Positions 1 to 10,264 of a stretch of DNA of 64,000 nt are shown piece after piece; the first letter of the stretch is position 1; the number at the start of each line of letters is the position of its first letter. The notes below the pieces were generated by a model that saw only the letters and a list, made by a program, of their open reading frames with translations, searched no databases and was not told where the DNA came from. This DNA is from an uncultured Gammaproteobacteria bacterium. GTDB lineage: Bacteria > Patescibacteriota > Microgenomatia > UBA12405. The stretch is taken from NCBI GenBank assembly GCA_964448705.1, contig CAYUZS010000002.1, forward strand, positions 113,577 to 177,576, given 5' to 3'. The translations under genes were made by a program, and so were the position numbers.

Positions 1-496
1 GAGTAATTTTGAGACCGGTCCAAGTGCCGGAAAGTGTAGAATACCGATCGTAATTACCGTTTATAAAAGCCAGGGGATCATTAGCACCAAGAAGTGAAGA
101 ATATCTTTCGATATAGCCGCCACGATGACGATAAGTAAAAAAAATCGGCTCTGAACCAATAATCTGTTGATCTGTAAAAGGATTTAACATTAACTGCAAC
201 CAATCATTTTGAGGAAGTATATTGTCAGAATCAATAAAAGCAACAAAGGGAGAGTTGGCTTTTTTGAGACCAATTGCCTTACCGGCTTCGGCTGTTTTTA
301 AAGGATTTTTTAAAATACGAGCATGATATTTTTTGGCAATAAGCAGGGTGCGGTCGATAGAGCCACCGTCGCAAATATAAAGATGGACCTTATTTTTGGG
401 ATAATTTTGTAGGGATATTGATCGGAGACATTTAGTTAAAACTTTTTCTGAATTCAGAGTAGGAATAATAATATCGATGTCAAATGATACCGCCAT
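1..496 (-). CDS. GT2 glycosyltransferase, 3' end beyond the window edge (not in ORF track)
   Basis: Manual translation from ATG 496: MAVSFDIDIIIPTLNSEKVLTKCLRSISLQNYPKNKVHLYICDGGSIDRT...FVAFIDSDNIL. Has IIPxxN, DGGSxD and DxD motifs; overlaps the stop of the 480-2066 gene. Confidence 0.88.
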   Translation of the reverse strand, partial: MAVSFDIDIIIPTLNSEKVLTKCLRSISLQNYPKNKVHLYICDGGSIDRTLLIAKKYHARILKNPLKTAEAGKAIGLKKANSPFVAFIDSDNILPQNDWLQLMLNPFTDQQIIGSEPIFFTYRHRGGYIERYSSLLGANDPLAFINGNYDRYSTLSGTWTGLKIT

Positions 497-2066
497 AACG
501 ATGTATGATACTAAAAATTCGATAATCGAGCGGCAGTTCAAAAAATTTCAATTTCCAACGGAGAGTAACCAAAAATAGGGCGATGTAATAACCGATGTTA
601 AAAGCAATTTTTCCAAAAAAATTATTTATCCGGTTAGACAACATATCATAGGTGTCCCGATCCATGATGCCAAAAATATATTGGGTCAACATCGCCGTCA
701 ACTGAGCATCATGATGGCTGATCCATTTTTGTTTTAAAGTTTCCTGAAAAGCATCCTCCGGAGACATAAGATAATTGCTCCAACCATTGAGACTTTTAGG
801 ATAATTGAGCCCTAATTTAACCGCCCGCTTGAATAAAGGGGCACCGGGATAAGGTAGGAAAATATAATAGGTATAACGATTACGGTTACATATTTTTAAG
901 AGTTTATCGATTAGAGTTAAAGTCGCTTTATATTCTTCGGCAACAAAACGATTATTTTCCTGAGGATTTTTTGACCAAGGTAAACCAACCAGAAAAGAGT
1001 ATAAAATTTTGATCTTATATTGCTGACATCTTTTAGTGAAAGTAATCAGTTCATCAACATTCATATCTTTAGAAATAAAATCCAAGGCATTTTGAGAACC
1101 GGATTCGGCACCGGTTAGAATCATAGCGCAACCAGTTTTCTGCATTAATTTCCAGGTTTTTTCCTGATAACGGGATAATTGACCGGCACGACCATTAGCG
1201 TTTCCCCATTTTAAATGAAGTTTTCTATCTATTAATCCCTGACAGATTTCAGTGACACGTCGTTCATCAACGAAAAAGTTACTGTCATAAACAGCAATAG
1301 AATCGGCCCGGTAAGTTTTTTTTAAAAATGCCCATTCATCAAGGACTTTAGAAGCGGGAACCGGCTGCCAATGACGTTTATTAACGATTTCTTCAACACA
1401 AAAAGCACAACGATGAGGACAACCGTAACTGGAAATATAAGGAATTGTCCGTTGACCGTATTCGGTATTCTGAACACATTTTTCGACATCGATCAGGTGA
1501 TAAGGCAGTGACGGTAGTTGGCGCAAATCAACCGGAGGTGCATCAGGGTTGGAGAAGATTTTTGATTTTTGTTTAAAGGTGATTCCGGGAATATCTTTTA
1601 AGGATTGACGGCGATAAAGGGTGTTAACCAAGAGGGGGAAAGTTATATCACCCGGCCCACGAACGACTATGTCCACATAATGATTTTTTACCGTTTGTTC
1701 GGGAAGAATTGAAGGATGCCAGCCTCCCCATACTATAGGAATATGAGGATATTTTTTTTTGAAAGCTTTGGCGACTTTTAGACCATCATGAATTTGAAAA
1801 CCTGTCATAGCACTGATGCCGAGACAAACAACGTCTTCACCCTGGTTAAGAATTTCTTCTAAATAGTTTTTTTGAAGATGACGGGCATAGATATTAATTT
1901 TATATTTCTGTTTGTCTAATAATCTGGATATAGCCAGGAGAGCCAGGGGGACACCATGCCAATTTCTTTCATACGGCAACGGCGAGGGAAAATATAAAAG
2001 AACTTTTTTTTTAGATTTTGGAATTGATTGGGAAGTCACGGAGTTTTTGGAGATATTTAAAGGCAT
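480..2066 (-). CDS. B12-binding domain radical SAM protein (class B methyltransferase/HpnJ-BchE-like superfamily)
   Basis: N-terminal cobalamin-binding motifs (PLALLAI, GISAMT, VWGGWHPS), SYGCPHRCAFC CxxxCxxC, GAESGSQ, PYPGAPL. True start may be GTG near 2039. Confidence 0.88.
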   Translation of the reverse strand: MPLNISKNSVTSQSIPKSKKKVLLYFPSPLPYERNWHGVPLALLAISRLLDKQKYKINIYARHLQKNYLEEILNQGEDVVCLGISAMTGFQIHDGLKVAKAFKKKYPHIPIVWGGWHPSILPEQTVKNHYVDIVVRGPGDITFPLLVNTLYRRQSLKDIPGITFKQKSKIFSNPDAPPVDLRQLPSLPYHLIDVEKCVQNTEYGQRTIPYISSYGCPHRCAFCVEEIVNKRHWQPVPASKVLDEWAFLKKTYRADSIAVYDSNFFVDERRVTEICQGLIDRKLHLKWGNANGRAGQLSRYQEKTWKLMQKTGCAMILTGAESGSQNALDFISKDMNVDELITFTKRCQQYKIKILYSFLVGLPWSKNPQENNRFVAEEYKATLTLIDKLLKICNRNRYTYYIFLPYPGAPLFKRAVKLGLNYPKSLNGWSNYLMSPEDAFQETLKQKWISHHDAQLTAMLTQYIFGIMDRDTYDMLSNRINNFFGKIAFNIGYYIALFLVTLRWKLKFFELPLDYRIFSIIHRYGGII

Positions 2067-3525
2067 AAGTAGTTAAATAACGGATATCGTCTATATTTCT
2101 GATGGAAATGACCTTTCTGAGCAGAAACTTGGGAGTTAAGACTCCATAAAATAATTCCCGAACTAATTTTAATTGAGTTTCTTTTTTAATTGGTGATTTC
2201 ATAACTGGTTGGCGCATGTCAAAATCGTTCCAGTCATGGCTTAACAACCAATTGTTTTTTAGACATTCAGCATAGAGCGGTGTGCCGGGATAAGGAATAA
2301 CAATAGTTGCCTGCATACTGTCGGCTAATACGTCTTTAAATAATTGCCTGGCTTCATTTAAAGTATTTTTGGCATCTGATAACTTTTCCCACGGATATCC
2401 AATCATAATTGTGATATGTGGTTGTAGACCTGCTTTTTTGGCCATAACAAGGGTATTTCTGGCATCCTCCGGTTTGGTATTTTTAACCAGACGATTGAGG
2501 GTGTTTTGATTATTGGACTCCAAACCGTAAAGTATAAAACGAAAACCAGCCCGGCCCATGAGATTGTATTGTTCCTGATTTAAGGCTCCGAAACGCATAT
2601 TACAGCCGATAGTAACTTTTTTATTTAAGCCTTTTTTGATTAATTGATGACAAAGATCGTTAAGCCAGGGACCAATCGGTAAAGTGCCGGCATCATCAAA
2701 AATTTCTCTGACTCCGAGCCTGGACAAATTTTCTATTTCTTTAATGATATGTTTAACGGAAAAATTCCGAAAAGTGTTACCCGGATGAGTGGTCGTCCAG
2801 GAACAAAAAGTACATTTCCCCCACCAACAATCCCGACCGGACATAATATATGCGCCGGGCTTATATTTAAAATTAGTGTTGTTCCAACCGTAAAGCTGCC
2901 ACTTGGTCAGTTTTCTATCGATAATAGGCATTGAATCCAAAAAGTGATGTTTTAAGGCAAATTTGCCGGTATTTAGTATTTTAGAGCTTTGGTTCTTTTG
3001 TGTTTTAGAGCGATAGTAAAAACCAGGTTCGAGCTTTGATTTTTTAGAGAGATGATTGGCTAAATTAATCATCATAAAATCGTAATCTCCGCCGGTGATA
3101 ACATAATCGGCCAAGGAGTTTTCCATTGATTCTTCGGGCATAGCAGTGACATGATCACCCATGAGAGCGACTTTGGATTGGGGTAGATAACGTTTTATGT
3201 CGGCAATAATCTGCCAGTGCTTCTTGATAACCGGAGTTTTGGATTCGATAAAAATTAACTGCGGCTTATTTTTGATTAACCTATCCAACCATTGCTGATA
3301 GGAAATTTTTTCAGCAATGGCGTCATCCCAAAATACCCGATAACCCATTTTTTTTAGGGCAGAAGCACCATAGGCCGGGATAACAGGAAGAATGACATTG
3401 CCGGTGTTAGTCCACTGAAATTGACGATTTTGGGCTAAAAACGGTTGACCTTTAGAGGATATAAGTGGCGGGTAAGAAACCGAGATGGAGAATTTCGGCT
3501 TAGCCGCCGAGATAGCCTTTTTCAT
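2011..3525 (-). CDS. B12-binding domain radical SAM protein
   Basis: GDHVTA, GRDCWWGKCTFC (Cx4Cx2C variant), GLESNNQ, IPYPGTPLY. Start probably ATG 3525 (MKKAIS) rather than 3543. Confidence 0.85.
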   Translation of the reverse strand: MKKAISAAKPKFSISVSYPPLISSKGQPFLAQNRQFQWTNTGNVILPVIPAYGASALKKMGYRVFWDDAIAEKISYQQWLDRLIKNKPQLIFIESKTPVIKKHWQIIADIKRYLPQSKVALMGDHVTAMPEESMENSLADYVITGGDYDFMMINLANHLSKKSKLEPGFYYRSKTQKNQSSKILNTGKFALKHHFLDSMPIIDRKLTKWQLYGWNNTNFKYKPGAYIMSGRDCWWGKCTFCSWTTTHPGNTFRNFSVKHIIKEIENLSRLGVREIFDDAGTLPIGPWLNDLCHQLIKKGLNKKVTIGCNMRFGALNQEQYNLMGRAGFRFILYGLESNNQNTLNRLVKNTKPEDARNTLVMAKKAGLQPHITIMIGYPWEKLSDAKNTLNEARQLFKDVLADSMQATIVIPYPGTPLYAECLKNNWLLSHDWNDFDMRQPVMKSPIKKETQLKLVRELFYGVLTPKFLLRKVISIRNIDDIRYLTTYAFKYLQKLRDFPINSKI

Positions 3526-4447
3526 TGGCTTTGTGTGGTACAAAATTTAAATTTTTAGATAAAAAACCAGTAATAAACATTATACCGTAGTATAGATGGG
3601 TACAGGGGATAGTAATTACAGCCAGGATAGAAATTGAGAGTTTATTTTTCTTTAACAAGAATGAAATAAAGGTGACAATTAATAATAATAGATATAAAAA
3701 AAGGAAAGGATAAAATTTGGTAAAAGGGAGAGTGAGGATATAAAGAAAAAAGATACTAGGGATAAAATAACCAATTCTTCGGCTAGTTTTGGGATAAAGT
3801 TTGGCAAAATTACCACGATGTTTGGCGTATCTGGTTATTTGTTGAAGGTGGGGAAGAATTACTTTCCGACGGTGATGATAAACAATGACTGACGGATGGT
3901 AATAAATTTTTTTGTGAAGTTGATACACAAGGTCGTGGCAAAGAATGGTATCTTCACCAGGCCAATGATGAGTATTAAAACCTTTTACTTTAACAAAATC
4001 AGATTTACGGACTATAAGATTTACCGAGGGATAGTCATCGACAAATCTGGCCGGTGAGACTAAATTACGATAGGTGCCGGCTCCCCCGCTGCCAAGGTAG
4101 CTAGACCATACTAAACCGGATGCTTGTTGAAGAACACTATCATGCGGAGGAGTTAGACAAGGACCGCAAACAGCGGCCAGAGAAGGTTTAAAAATATGAC
4201 GGGCATTTTTAAGCCAATCCGGTGAAGGATATGAATCATCATCGAGAAAAGCAAGATATTTTCCTTTGGCTTTTTTGGCACCAAGATTTCTTTTGATGGC
4301 CGGACTAACCGGTCCGGAAATTTTGTCAGTGATAACTAAAATTTCAAATGAAGTAAACGATTGTCGGGAAAGGTGTTTGATAGTTTCTCTTAGATAGGGA
4401 GTCTCGGTTCGTACAGGAATTATGATTGAAAAGAGTGGTTTTTTCAT
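3500..4447 (-). CDS. GT2 glycosyltransferase with C-terminal TM helices
   Basis: SIIIPVR, RNLGA, FLDDD, PGED motifs; hydrophobic C-terminus. Confidence 0.9.
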   Translation of the reverse strand: MKKPLFSIIIPVRTETPYLRETIKHLSRQSFTSFEILVITDKISGPVSPAIKRNLGAKKAKGKYLAFLDDDSYPSPDWLKNARHIFKPSLAAVCGPCLTPPHDSVLQQASGLVWSSYLGSGGAGTYRNLVSPARFVDDYPSVNLIVRKSDFVKVKGFNTHHWPGEDTILCHDLVYQLHKKIYYHPSVIVYHHRRKVILPHLQQITRYAKHRGNFAKLYPKTSRRIGYFIPSIFFLYILTLPFTKFYPFLFLYLLLLIVTFISFLLKKNKLSISILAVITIPCTHLYYGIMFITGFLSKNLNFVPHKANEKGYLGG

Positions 4448-5274
4448 TAACCTAAGTTAATACGCATTTTTAAATCCTGATCATATTTCCATTGGCGTTT
4501 ATTTTTATCGTCGTAATAATGGAGAATACGCAGTCGATAAAAAATTGCCAGGGCATCGACAAGAGATTTGAAAATTGTTTTGATGCCGGTGGCGTGAGTG
4601 AGACTTGAAAAAACATATTTCAATTTAACAGGAGCTTCGTAAATTCTGGTGAAACCAAGATAATTAGCGACAGAAAGAATCTCCAAATCGAAGGCATAAT
4701 TTTTAACCAACAACCGCGGCAAAACTTTAACTAAAACTTTTCTTTTAAAAATTTTTAAGCCGGCCTGGGTATCTTTGACACGAATTCCCAATAAAAAACG
4801 GGAAATGATTTGGGCTCCAAAACTAATGATTCTCCGGTCGAGAGGATAATTTACAACCGAGGCAGGGTGGCGTTTTGAAGCGACGATTATATCAGCATCA
4901 TACCATTCCAAATGTTCAATTAAGAGTGAAATACCGTTAGGGTCTATTTCCATACCGGAATCGATAAAAGAAATATAGTCACCTTTGGTATGGGCCATGC
5001 CATATCTGACGGCATAACCTTTACCATGATTATGTTGATAGCCAATTACTTTTAAATTTTGATTTCTAATTGATTTGGCAATTTTAAATGATTGATCGAC
5101 TTTTATACCGTCAACTACAGCAATAACTTCATATTGATAACGAATCCGATCCAGGCTGTAGAGAATAGTGGAAAGATCATCGGCAATAGTTTTTTCCTGT
5201 TTATAAACTGGAACGATGACCGATATAAAATGGGAATTATTTACCATAAGATAAAGCCTGTTCATAGGCAGCAA
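4447..5274 (-). CDS. GT2 polyprenyl-phosphate glycosyltransferase (DPM1/ALG5-like)
   Basis: SVIVPVY, NHGKGYAVRYG, DTQAGLK, YAFDLEIL. Start may be the internal MVNN ATG. Confidence 0.85.
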   Translation of the reverse strand: MLPMNRLYLMVNNSHFISVIVPVYKQEKTIADDLSTILYSLDRIRYQYEVIAVVDGIKVDQSFKIAKSIRNQNLKVIGYQHNHGKGYAVRYGMAHTKGDYISFIDSGMEIDPNGISLLIEHLEWYDADIIVASKRHPASVVNYPLDRRIISFGAQIISRFLLGIRVKDTQAGLKIFKRKVLVKVLPRLLVKNYAFDLEILSVANYLGFTRIYEAPVKLKYVFSSLTHATGIKTIFKSLVDALAIFYRLRILHYYDDKNKRQWKYDQDLKMRINLG

Positions 5275-6331
5275 GCGTTTGAATGGCAGTATATTTCCAA
5301 TTAAATATTTTAGATCGCTGTAAACCCTTGAAGGAATATTGCTTTTGAAGTTGAGAATCGGTCCATACTTTTTTCAGAGATTTTTTCAGAGCATTATGGT
5401 GGTAAGGATTAAAAAACTCACCATTGTAGTCCATAATTTCAGATAAAGAAGTTTCCTGACTATAAACAACCGGAGTGCCGCAACTCATGGCTTCGACAAC
5501 AGTTAAACCAAATCCTTCAGCATAAGACGGCTGACAATAAATAGTGGCCAAATTGTACAACAGCGGTAGGTCTTCATCCGGAACAAAGCCAAGTAATTTA
5601 AGAGCATGGGAATGCCGATACTTTGAGGCTTTTGATTGAAGCCAATGAATATCCCTAGTCCACGGATGAGAAGGTACTTTTTTAACAGCAGATGAACCGG
5701 CGATAACCAAAGGATATTTTAATTTTAAACATGCTTTAACCAAAGTGCGGATATTTTTATTCCAATTGATATCACCAACAAAAAGGACAAATTTGTCCGG
5801 TAAATCATATTTTGTTTTTATCTTTTTTAGAAGTTGATTGTCGGTAACCGGTTTAAAAACAGGTAAGGCGGCTTCGTGGGTGACATAAATTTTATCGGCC
5901 GGGTAATTTAAAATATCAGAGATAATATATTTGGAATAATGGGAAACAGTAATAATTAAAGTTGAACGGCGGGCAAGAAAGCGCTGGATCAACCATTTGA
6001 TTTCCCCTTTTATGCCGACGGGGAAATGTGATTTGAATTGTCGTGGAATTAAATCGTGGATGGTGATTATCGATGGAATTTTTTGTTGTACGGGTAAAGT
6101 TAATGAAAAAGGATCAAAATAAGGATAGTGGATCAACTGATATGAGCTAATGTCTGTTTTGGGAGTGCTGATGAGGTCTATTTTAAAATGGCGGTACTTA
6201 GGGTTTATTTTTATTTCTTTTTGAAGGTAATCGACTAAATTTCGGGTGTAATAGCCGACTCCCCTGATGGAGTTGCCGTCATTTAGAGGACTGACATCAA
6301 TGGCGACTCTGACGGTTTTACTGGAAATCAT
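5237..6331 (-). CDS. GT4 glycosyltransferase (MtfB/WbaZ-like)
   Basis: TIHDLIP, KNI, PSYAEGFGLTVVEAMSCGTPV (EX7E motif). Confidence 0.92.
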   Translation of the reverse strand: MISSKTVRVAIDVSPLNDGNSIRGVGYYTRNLVDYLQKEIKINPKYRHFKIDLISTPKTDISSYQLIHYPYFDPFSLTLPVQQKIPSIITIHDLIPRQFKSHFPVGIKGEIKWLIQRFLARRSTLIITVSHYSKYIISDILNYPADKIYVTHEAALPVFKPVTDNQLLKKIKTKYDLPDKFVLFVGDINWNKNIRTLVKACLKLKYPLVIAGSSAVKKVPSHPWTRDIHWLQSKASKYRHSHALKLLGFVPDEDLPLLYNLATIYCQPSYAEGFGLTVVEAMSCGTPVVYSQETSLSEIMDYNGEFFNPYHHNALKKSLKKVWTDSQLQKQYSFKGLQRSKIFNWKYTAIQTLAAYEQALSYGK

Positions 6332-7106
6332 TTAAGTTGCCTTTTAAAACCGTTAACTCATAATGTTTGACATACACTGAGGGAAAACGTAAGGCAGAAT
6401 AAAAAGCGTATACAAAACCAGGGAAACCGTCAACAAATCCCAAATGACGAAAATAAATTTGAAAGAAACGATAAAACGGTTTAAAGAAAAAATAACTAAT
6501 AAATGATAGTTTTTGATGTTTATCGGCTAAAAGTTTGGCTTCAATGGAAGTGTAGCGGTTGGCTCTGGCCTGATACCTGAAAAAAGTAGGGTCGGAAAAA
6601 TGCTGAAGGTTAGAGGAAAGATGGCCGACAGATCCGGTAATCTCGGCCTGCTCGTGAACATCAAGACAAGGAAGTTTACCGTAGCCGTTTTTGTACAACC
6701 GAATAGTCGGATCAGGGTAGGCACCGCCTTTTTTAAGAAAACGACCGAGAAAATAATTGGTTCTATTGATCCAATAACCATTATGTTGAGGATTATTGAT
6801 AGTCGAGACAATCTCTTTTTTAAGCTCCGGAGTAACCACTTCATCAGGATCGAGCTGAAGAATCCATTCACCATGACAGGCATCAATAGCCGTTTGTTTA
6901 TTAAGATGAAATAGCGGATGATTAGGACCGGAAATAATTTTAGCCTGAGGATATTTTTTAATAATAGAGACGGTATTATCTAAAGATTGGGCGTCGTAAA
7001 CAACTATTTCATCAGCAATATCTTTGATGGCATCGAGGCAGCGTTTAATAAATTCCTGTTCATTAAAAGAAGCCAAAGCGATGGAGAGTTTAATTTTATT
7101 CTTCAT
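6318..7106 (-). CDS. GT2 glycosyltransferase, beta-1,4-glucosyltransferase (KdtX/WaaE)-like
   Basis: WILQLDPDE, YPDPTIRLY, VHEQ, GFVDGFPG motifs. Confidence 0.85.
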   Translation of the reverse strand: MKNKIKLSIALASFNEQEFIKRCLDAIKDIADEIVVYDAQSLDNTVSIIKKYPQAKIISGPNHPLFHLNKQTAIDACHGEWILQLDPDEVVTPELKKEIVSTINNPQHNGYWINRTNYFLGRFLKKGGAYPDPTIRLYKNGYGKLPCLDVHEQAEITGSVGHLSSNLQHFSDPTFFRYQARANRYTSIEAKLLADKHQKLSFISYFFFKPFYRFFQIYFRHLGFVDGFPGFVYAFYSALRFPSVYVKHYELTVLKGNLNDFQ

Positions 7107-7122
7107 AAGATTTTATTTTATG

Positions 7123-8721
7123 CTAGTTTGTGTATATTTTAAAACTTTGACCGGTTATTTGATAGTCAGCGGAGTCGATCACTAAAGAATTTTGAGGGAT
7201 ATTTTCGGGAATACTAAAAAAGATGTTATCAATTTTAGAAATGGTTGAAAAACCAAATTTATCGGGAGGAGTTAACTGACTTTGAACCTGAAAATCTTTT
7301 GGTGGATATTGAGAAAAGAATAAATAAAGAATATATGGCTGATCATATTTATCGGTAATATAGACTTGTTCATAATTAGCTTTTTGTGATTCAACATATG
7401 GGACAAGGGAATCAAATCCGGTGTTCCAGGCAAACGAATATTTTTGGGGGGATCGGATAAAATAAGAGTCAAAATAATAGCCGAAAGAATAGAAGTATAA
7501 AAAGGATAAGATAATGAGAAGAATTTTTTGAGATATTCCTTTAGAGGAAAAGAAACTTAGTAAGCCATAAACACCAGAGGCGATAAAAACAGAGATGGGA
7601 ACAGACATCGGCAATGCCCGGAGAGCCGAGGGCGCCTGGAATGTTAAAGATGAGGCGAGAGGACCGATTAAAAGCCAAAGGAGCATTAATTTACCTAAGG
7701 CATTAGTCTCCCGACGGCTGATTAAAAATATTAGGCCGATGATTAAAAGAGGTATTTCAAACAAATATGCCTGCCCCATGTCCGGAGATTTTGACCTTGG
7801 AACTTCGTCCCCATTTAAGAATAAAAAATTAAAATCAAAATGAGATGTATATTTTTGAGCCCAGGATAAACCATATAGAATTCTTTTATTGTGAATCAAG
7901 CGATAAACAATATCGACACTACCGTGTTGGTTTAATAGTTCTTCGGCTCGAGCAGTGGGCCCGTAATCAGCGGTTAAACCGACTCCGTTGAATCGGGCGG
8001 TTCCACCATTATTCAGAAAAGAAACTATTACCGGAATAGTAAGAACTACAGCAATAAGAAAAGAGAAAATTGAGCGGGGTAAATTTTTAAGAAATAAATT
8101 TTTATTAAAAATAATAATAATGAAAACCAGAACGGGGATAACAATTCTGGCGGAATGATAGACATAAAGGGAAGCAACAAACGGCAGGGGAAATAGAAAA
8201 AGATAAATGTTTTTTTGACGAATAAAATAAGAATACAGCCAATAAACACCCAAAATTAATAAAAACAAGGCAATGGAAGTTTCCCAAGCACCTCTGGAAA
8301 AATGAATATGCCATGGGTTAAGAGTTAAAACCAGAGAACTTAATAAAGATAAGGATTCAGATTTGGTTAACAATAAAACCAGCCGATAAAGAATAAAAAT
8401 AGTTAAAACTGAAAGAATCAAATTCGGCAGACGAATGGCTAAAACATTTAAGCCTAAAAATTTAATAAACGGTAAAGCCAAATAAACATAACCACCGGGT
8501 TTATAGTCGCCGAAGGATTCAAAATGAAGAGGCCAACTGTGTCCATGTTCGTCTTTACCGGTTTCCAAAAGTGAATAGGCATTGTAGCCCAAAGCGGCCT
8601 CATCGGGATTTAAAGCCGGTAGAGTGTTAATTTTGTAGCCTCTAATCAGAAAAGCCAAAAATAGAATAATAACCAGAATAATTTTAGGGTGTTTCATAAG
8701 CATAAAATGAAGAATGGCCAT
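7123..8721 (-). CDS. GT-C membrane glycosyltransferase (ArnT/PMT_2-like)
   Basis: PDEAALGYNAYSLLETGKDEHG, FGDYKP, IRLP, PWHIHFSRGAWE; about 12 TM helices. Confidence 0.85.
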   Translation of the reverse strand: MAILHFMLMKHPKIILVIILFLAFLIRGYKINTLPALNPDEAALGYNAYSLLETGKDEHGHSWPLHFESFGDYKPGGYVYLALPFIKFLGLNVLAIRLPNLILSVLTIFILYRLVLLLTKSESLSLLSSLVLTLNPWHIHFSRGAWETSIALFLLILGVYWLYSYFIRQKNIYLFLFPLPFVASLYVYHSARIVIPVLVFIIIIFNKNLFLKNLPRSIFSFLIAVVLTIPVIVSFLNNGGTARFNGVGLTADYGPTARAEELLNQHGSVDIVYRLIHNKRILYGLSWAQKYTSHFDFNFLFLNGDEVPRSKSPDMGQAYLFEIPLLIIGLIFLISRRETNALGKLMLLWLLIGPLASSLTFQAPSALRALPMSVPISVFIASGVYGLLSFFSSKGISQKILLIILSFLYFYSFGYYFDSYFIRSPQKYSFAWNTGFDSLVPYVESQKANYEQVYITDKYDQPYILYLFFSQYPPKDFQVQSQLTPPDKFGFSTISKIDNIFFSIPENIPQNSLVIDSADYQITGQSFKIYTN

Positions 8722-10264
8722 TAATAGGACTTAAAGGGGTTAATAATTTTAAATCAATGTTTTGCCGAAGAGCATCGTCGTAAGTAAGGATCTGAAGAAC
8801 TCCGGGGACTGTTTTTAAATAAGAAAAATCCGGGGTTTTAAAAATAAAGTTATCAACTTGGGCAACTTTACCGGTATCCAAACCGGTTGAAATTAAATTG
8901 GCCTGTTTTTGGTACGAAGCCGGATCATGTCGACTGATAAACAAATAATAAATATAAGGTTGGCCGTAAAAATCTGAAAAATAAACGGTCTTGTTTTGGC
9001 TGTGTTGAAGAGCGTAGGACATGGCCGACTGATAGCCATACAACCAATGATCGGGTTTAACTTTTACCATGTGAGAGTAATAAAGATCGGTGTAATAGAT
9101 AAAACTTAAAAGATAAGCCAGAAAAATTGTTAAATAGACTATTTTTTTTGAAAAGCGATTAATTATGAATTCAATACCGCAAGCAGCAAAATAAATTATG
9201 GCAATGCTAAGAGATAGTGTCCGAACCGGTTGAATAATATCCAAAGTTAAAGCTCCCGGCAAAGGCGAAACCAGAAGCCATATTAGAAAAAAACGAGATA
9301 GAAGAGTTACAGGTTTGGAAAGAGTAAAAAATAAACCGATAACAAAAAATAAAACAGTGGGGTACAAAAATGCGCCAATATAAGGAGCCGACTGACGGCC
9401 GATCTGCCAATCCCCTTCAAAAGCTAAAAATCGAGGTGAAAAATAATTGAAATATCTAAGAAAAAAATTTCTAGCAAAGAAAACGACTTCTGAATGATAA
9501 AGACGATAATTAAGGCTGCCTGATTCTTTTAAAATTTCGGCCACTTCAGTTTCAGGTTGATGATATGACCACAGACCAAAGACCTGAAGACGGTTGGAAT
9601 CCGAGCCAAAGAAAAGACCATAGGCGATAGGCAGAGCAAGTAAGAAAAGCGGCAGTATGAACCTGATCAGCAACTGTTTGAAATTTATTTGTTTATAAAA
9701 AGTAAACAAAAGAGCAAGAATCAGTAAAGGAGACATAATTTTTCCACCCTGATAGGTATATAAAGTGGCAGCAAAAACCAAAGAAGAGAAAAATAATTTT
9801 TTAGAAAGAAAAAGATAAGCAGCGGTTAACAACTCAAATAGAAGGACATTCGTTTCCCAACCACCGCGTGAATAATGAATATTCCAAGGGTTGAAAGCGG
9901 TTAAAGCGGCAGCAATTAAAGCCAGACGTTTATGCTGCGGGAAAAATTTAACAATTAATAAATAAAATATAAAAGGTAGAAGAGAACCTAAGATTACAGA
10001 AGGCAATCTGACGGCTAAAGGAGTTGGACCAAGAATGGCAACGAAGGGAGCAGTTAAATAGATATATAATCCGGGTTTGTAATCACCAAAAGACTTGAAA
10101 ATATAGGGCAAAAAACGGCCGTATTCATCACGTCCGGTTTTTAATATGGAATAAGCATTATAGCCAATTGAAGCTTCGTCCCAAAGAAGCGGAGGATAAT
10201 TAATATTAATTATCCTGATAAAGAATCCAAAAATGAGAATAAGTAGAAGTAGTTTTTTATTCAT
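8684..10264 (-). CDS. GT-C membrane glycosyltransferase (ArnT/PMT_2-like)
   Basis: WDEASIGYNAYSILKTGRDEYG, FGDYKP, VRLPS, PWNIHYSRGGWE. Confidence 0.85.
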   Translation of the reverse strand: MNKKLLLLILIFGFFIRIININYPPLLWDEASIGYNAYSILKTGRDEYGRFLPYIFKSFGDYKPGLYIYLTAPFVAILGPTPLAVRLPSVILGSLLPFIFYLLIVKFFPQHKRLALIAAALTAFNPWNIHYSRGGWETNVLLFELLTAAYLFLSKKLFFSSLVFAATLYTYQGGKIMSPLLILALLFTFYKQINFKQLLIRFILPLFLLALPIAYGLFFGSDSNRLQVFGLWSYHQPETEVAEILKESGSLNYRLYHSEVVFFARNFFLRYFNYFSPRFLAFEGDWQIGRQSAPYIGAFLYPTVLFFVIGLFFTLSKPVTLLSRFFLIWLLVSPLPGALTLDIIQPVRTLSLSIAIIYFAACGIEFIINRFSKKIVYLTIFLAYLLSFIYYTDLYYSHMVKVKPDHWLYGYQSAMSYALQHSQNKTVYFSDFYGQPYIYYLFISRHDPASYQKQANLISTGLDTGKVAQVDNFIFKTPDFSYLKTVPGVLQILTYDDALRQNIDLKLLTPLSPINGHSSFYAYETP

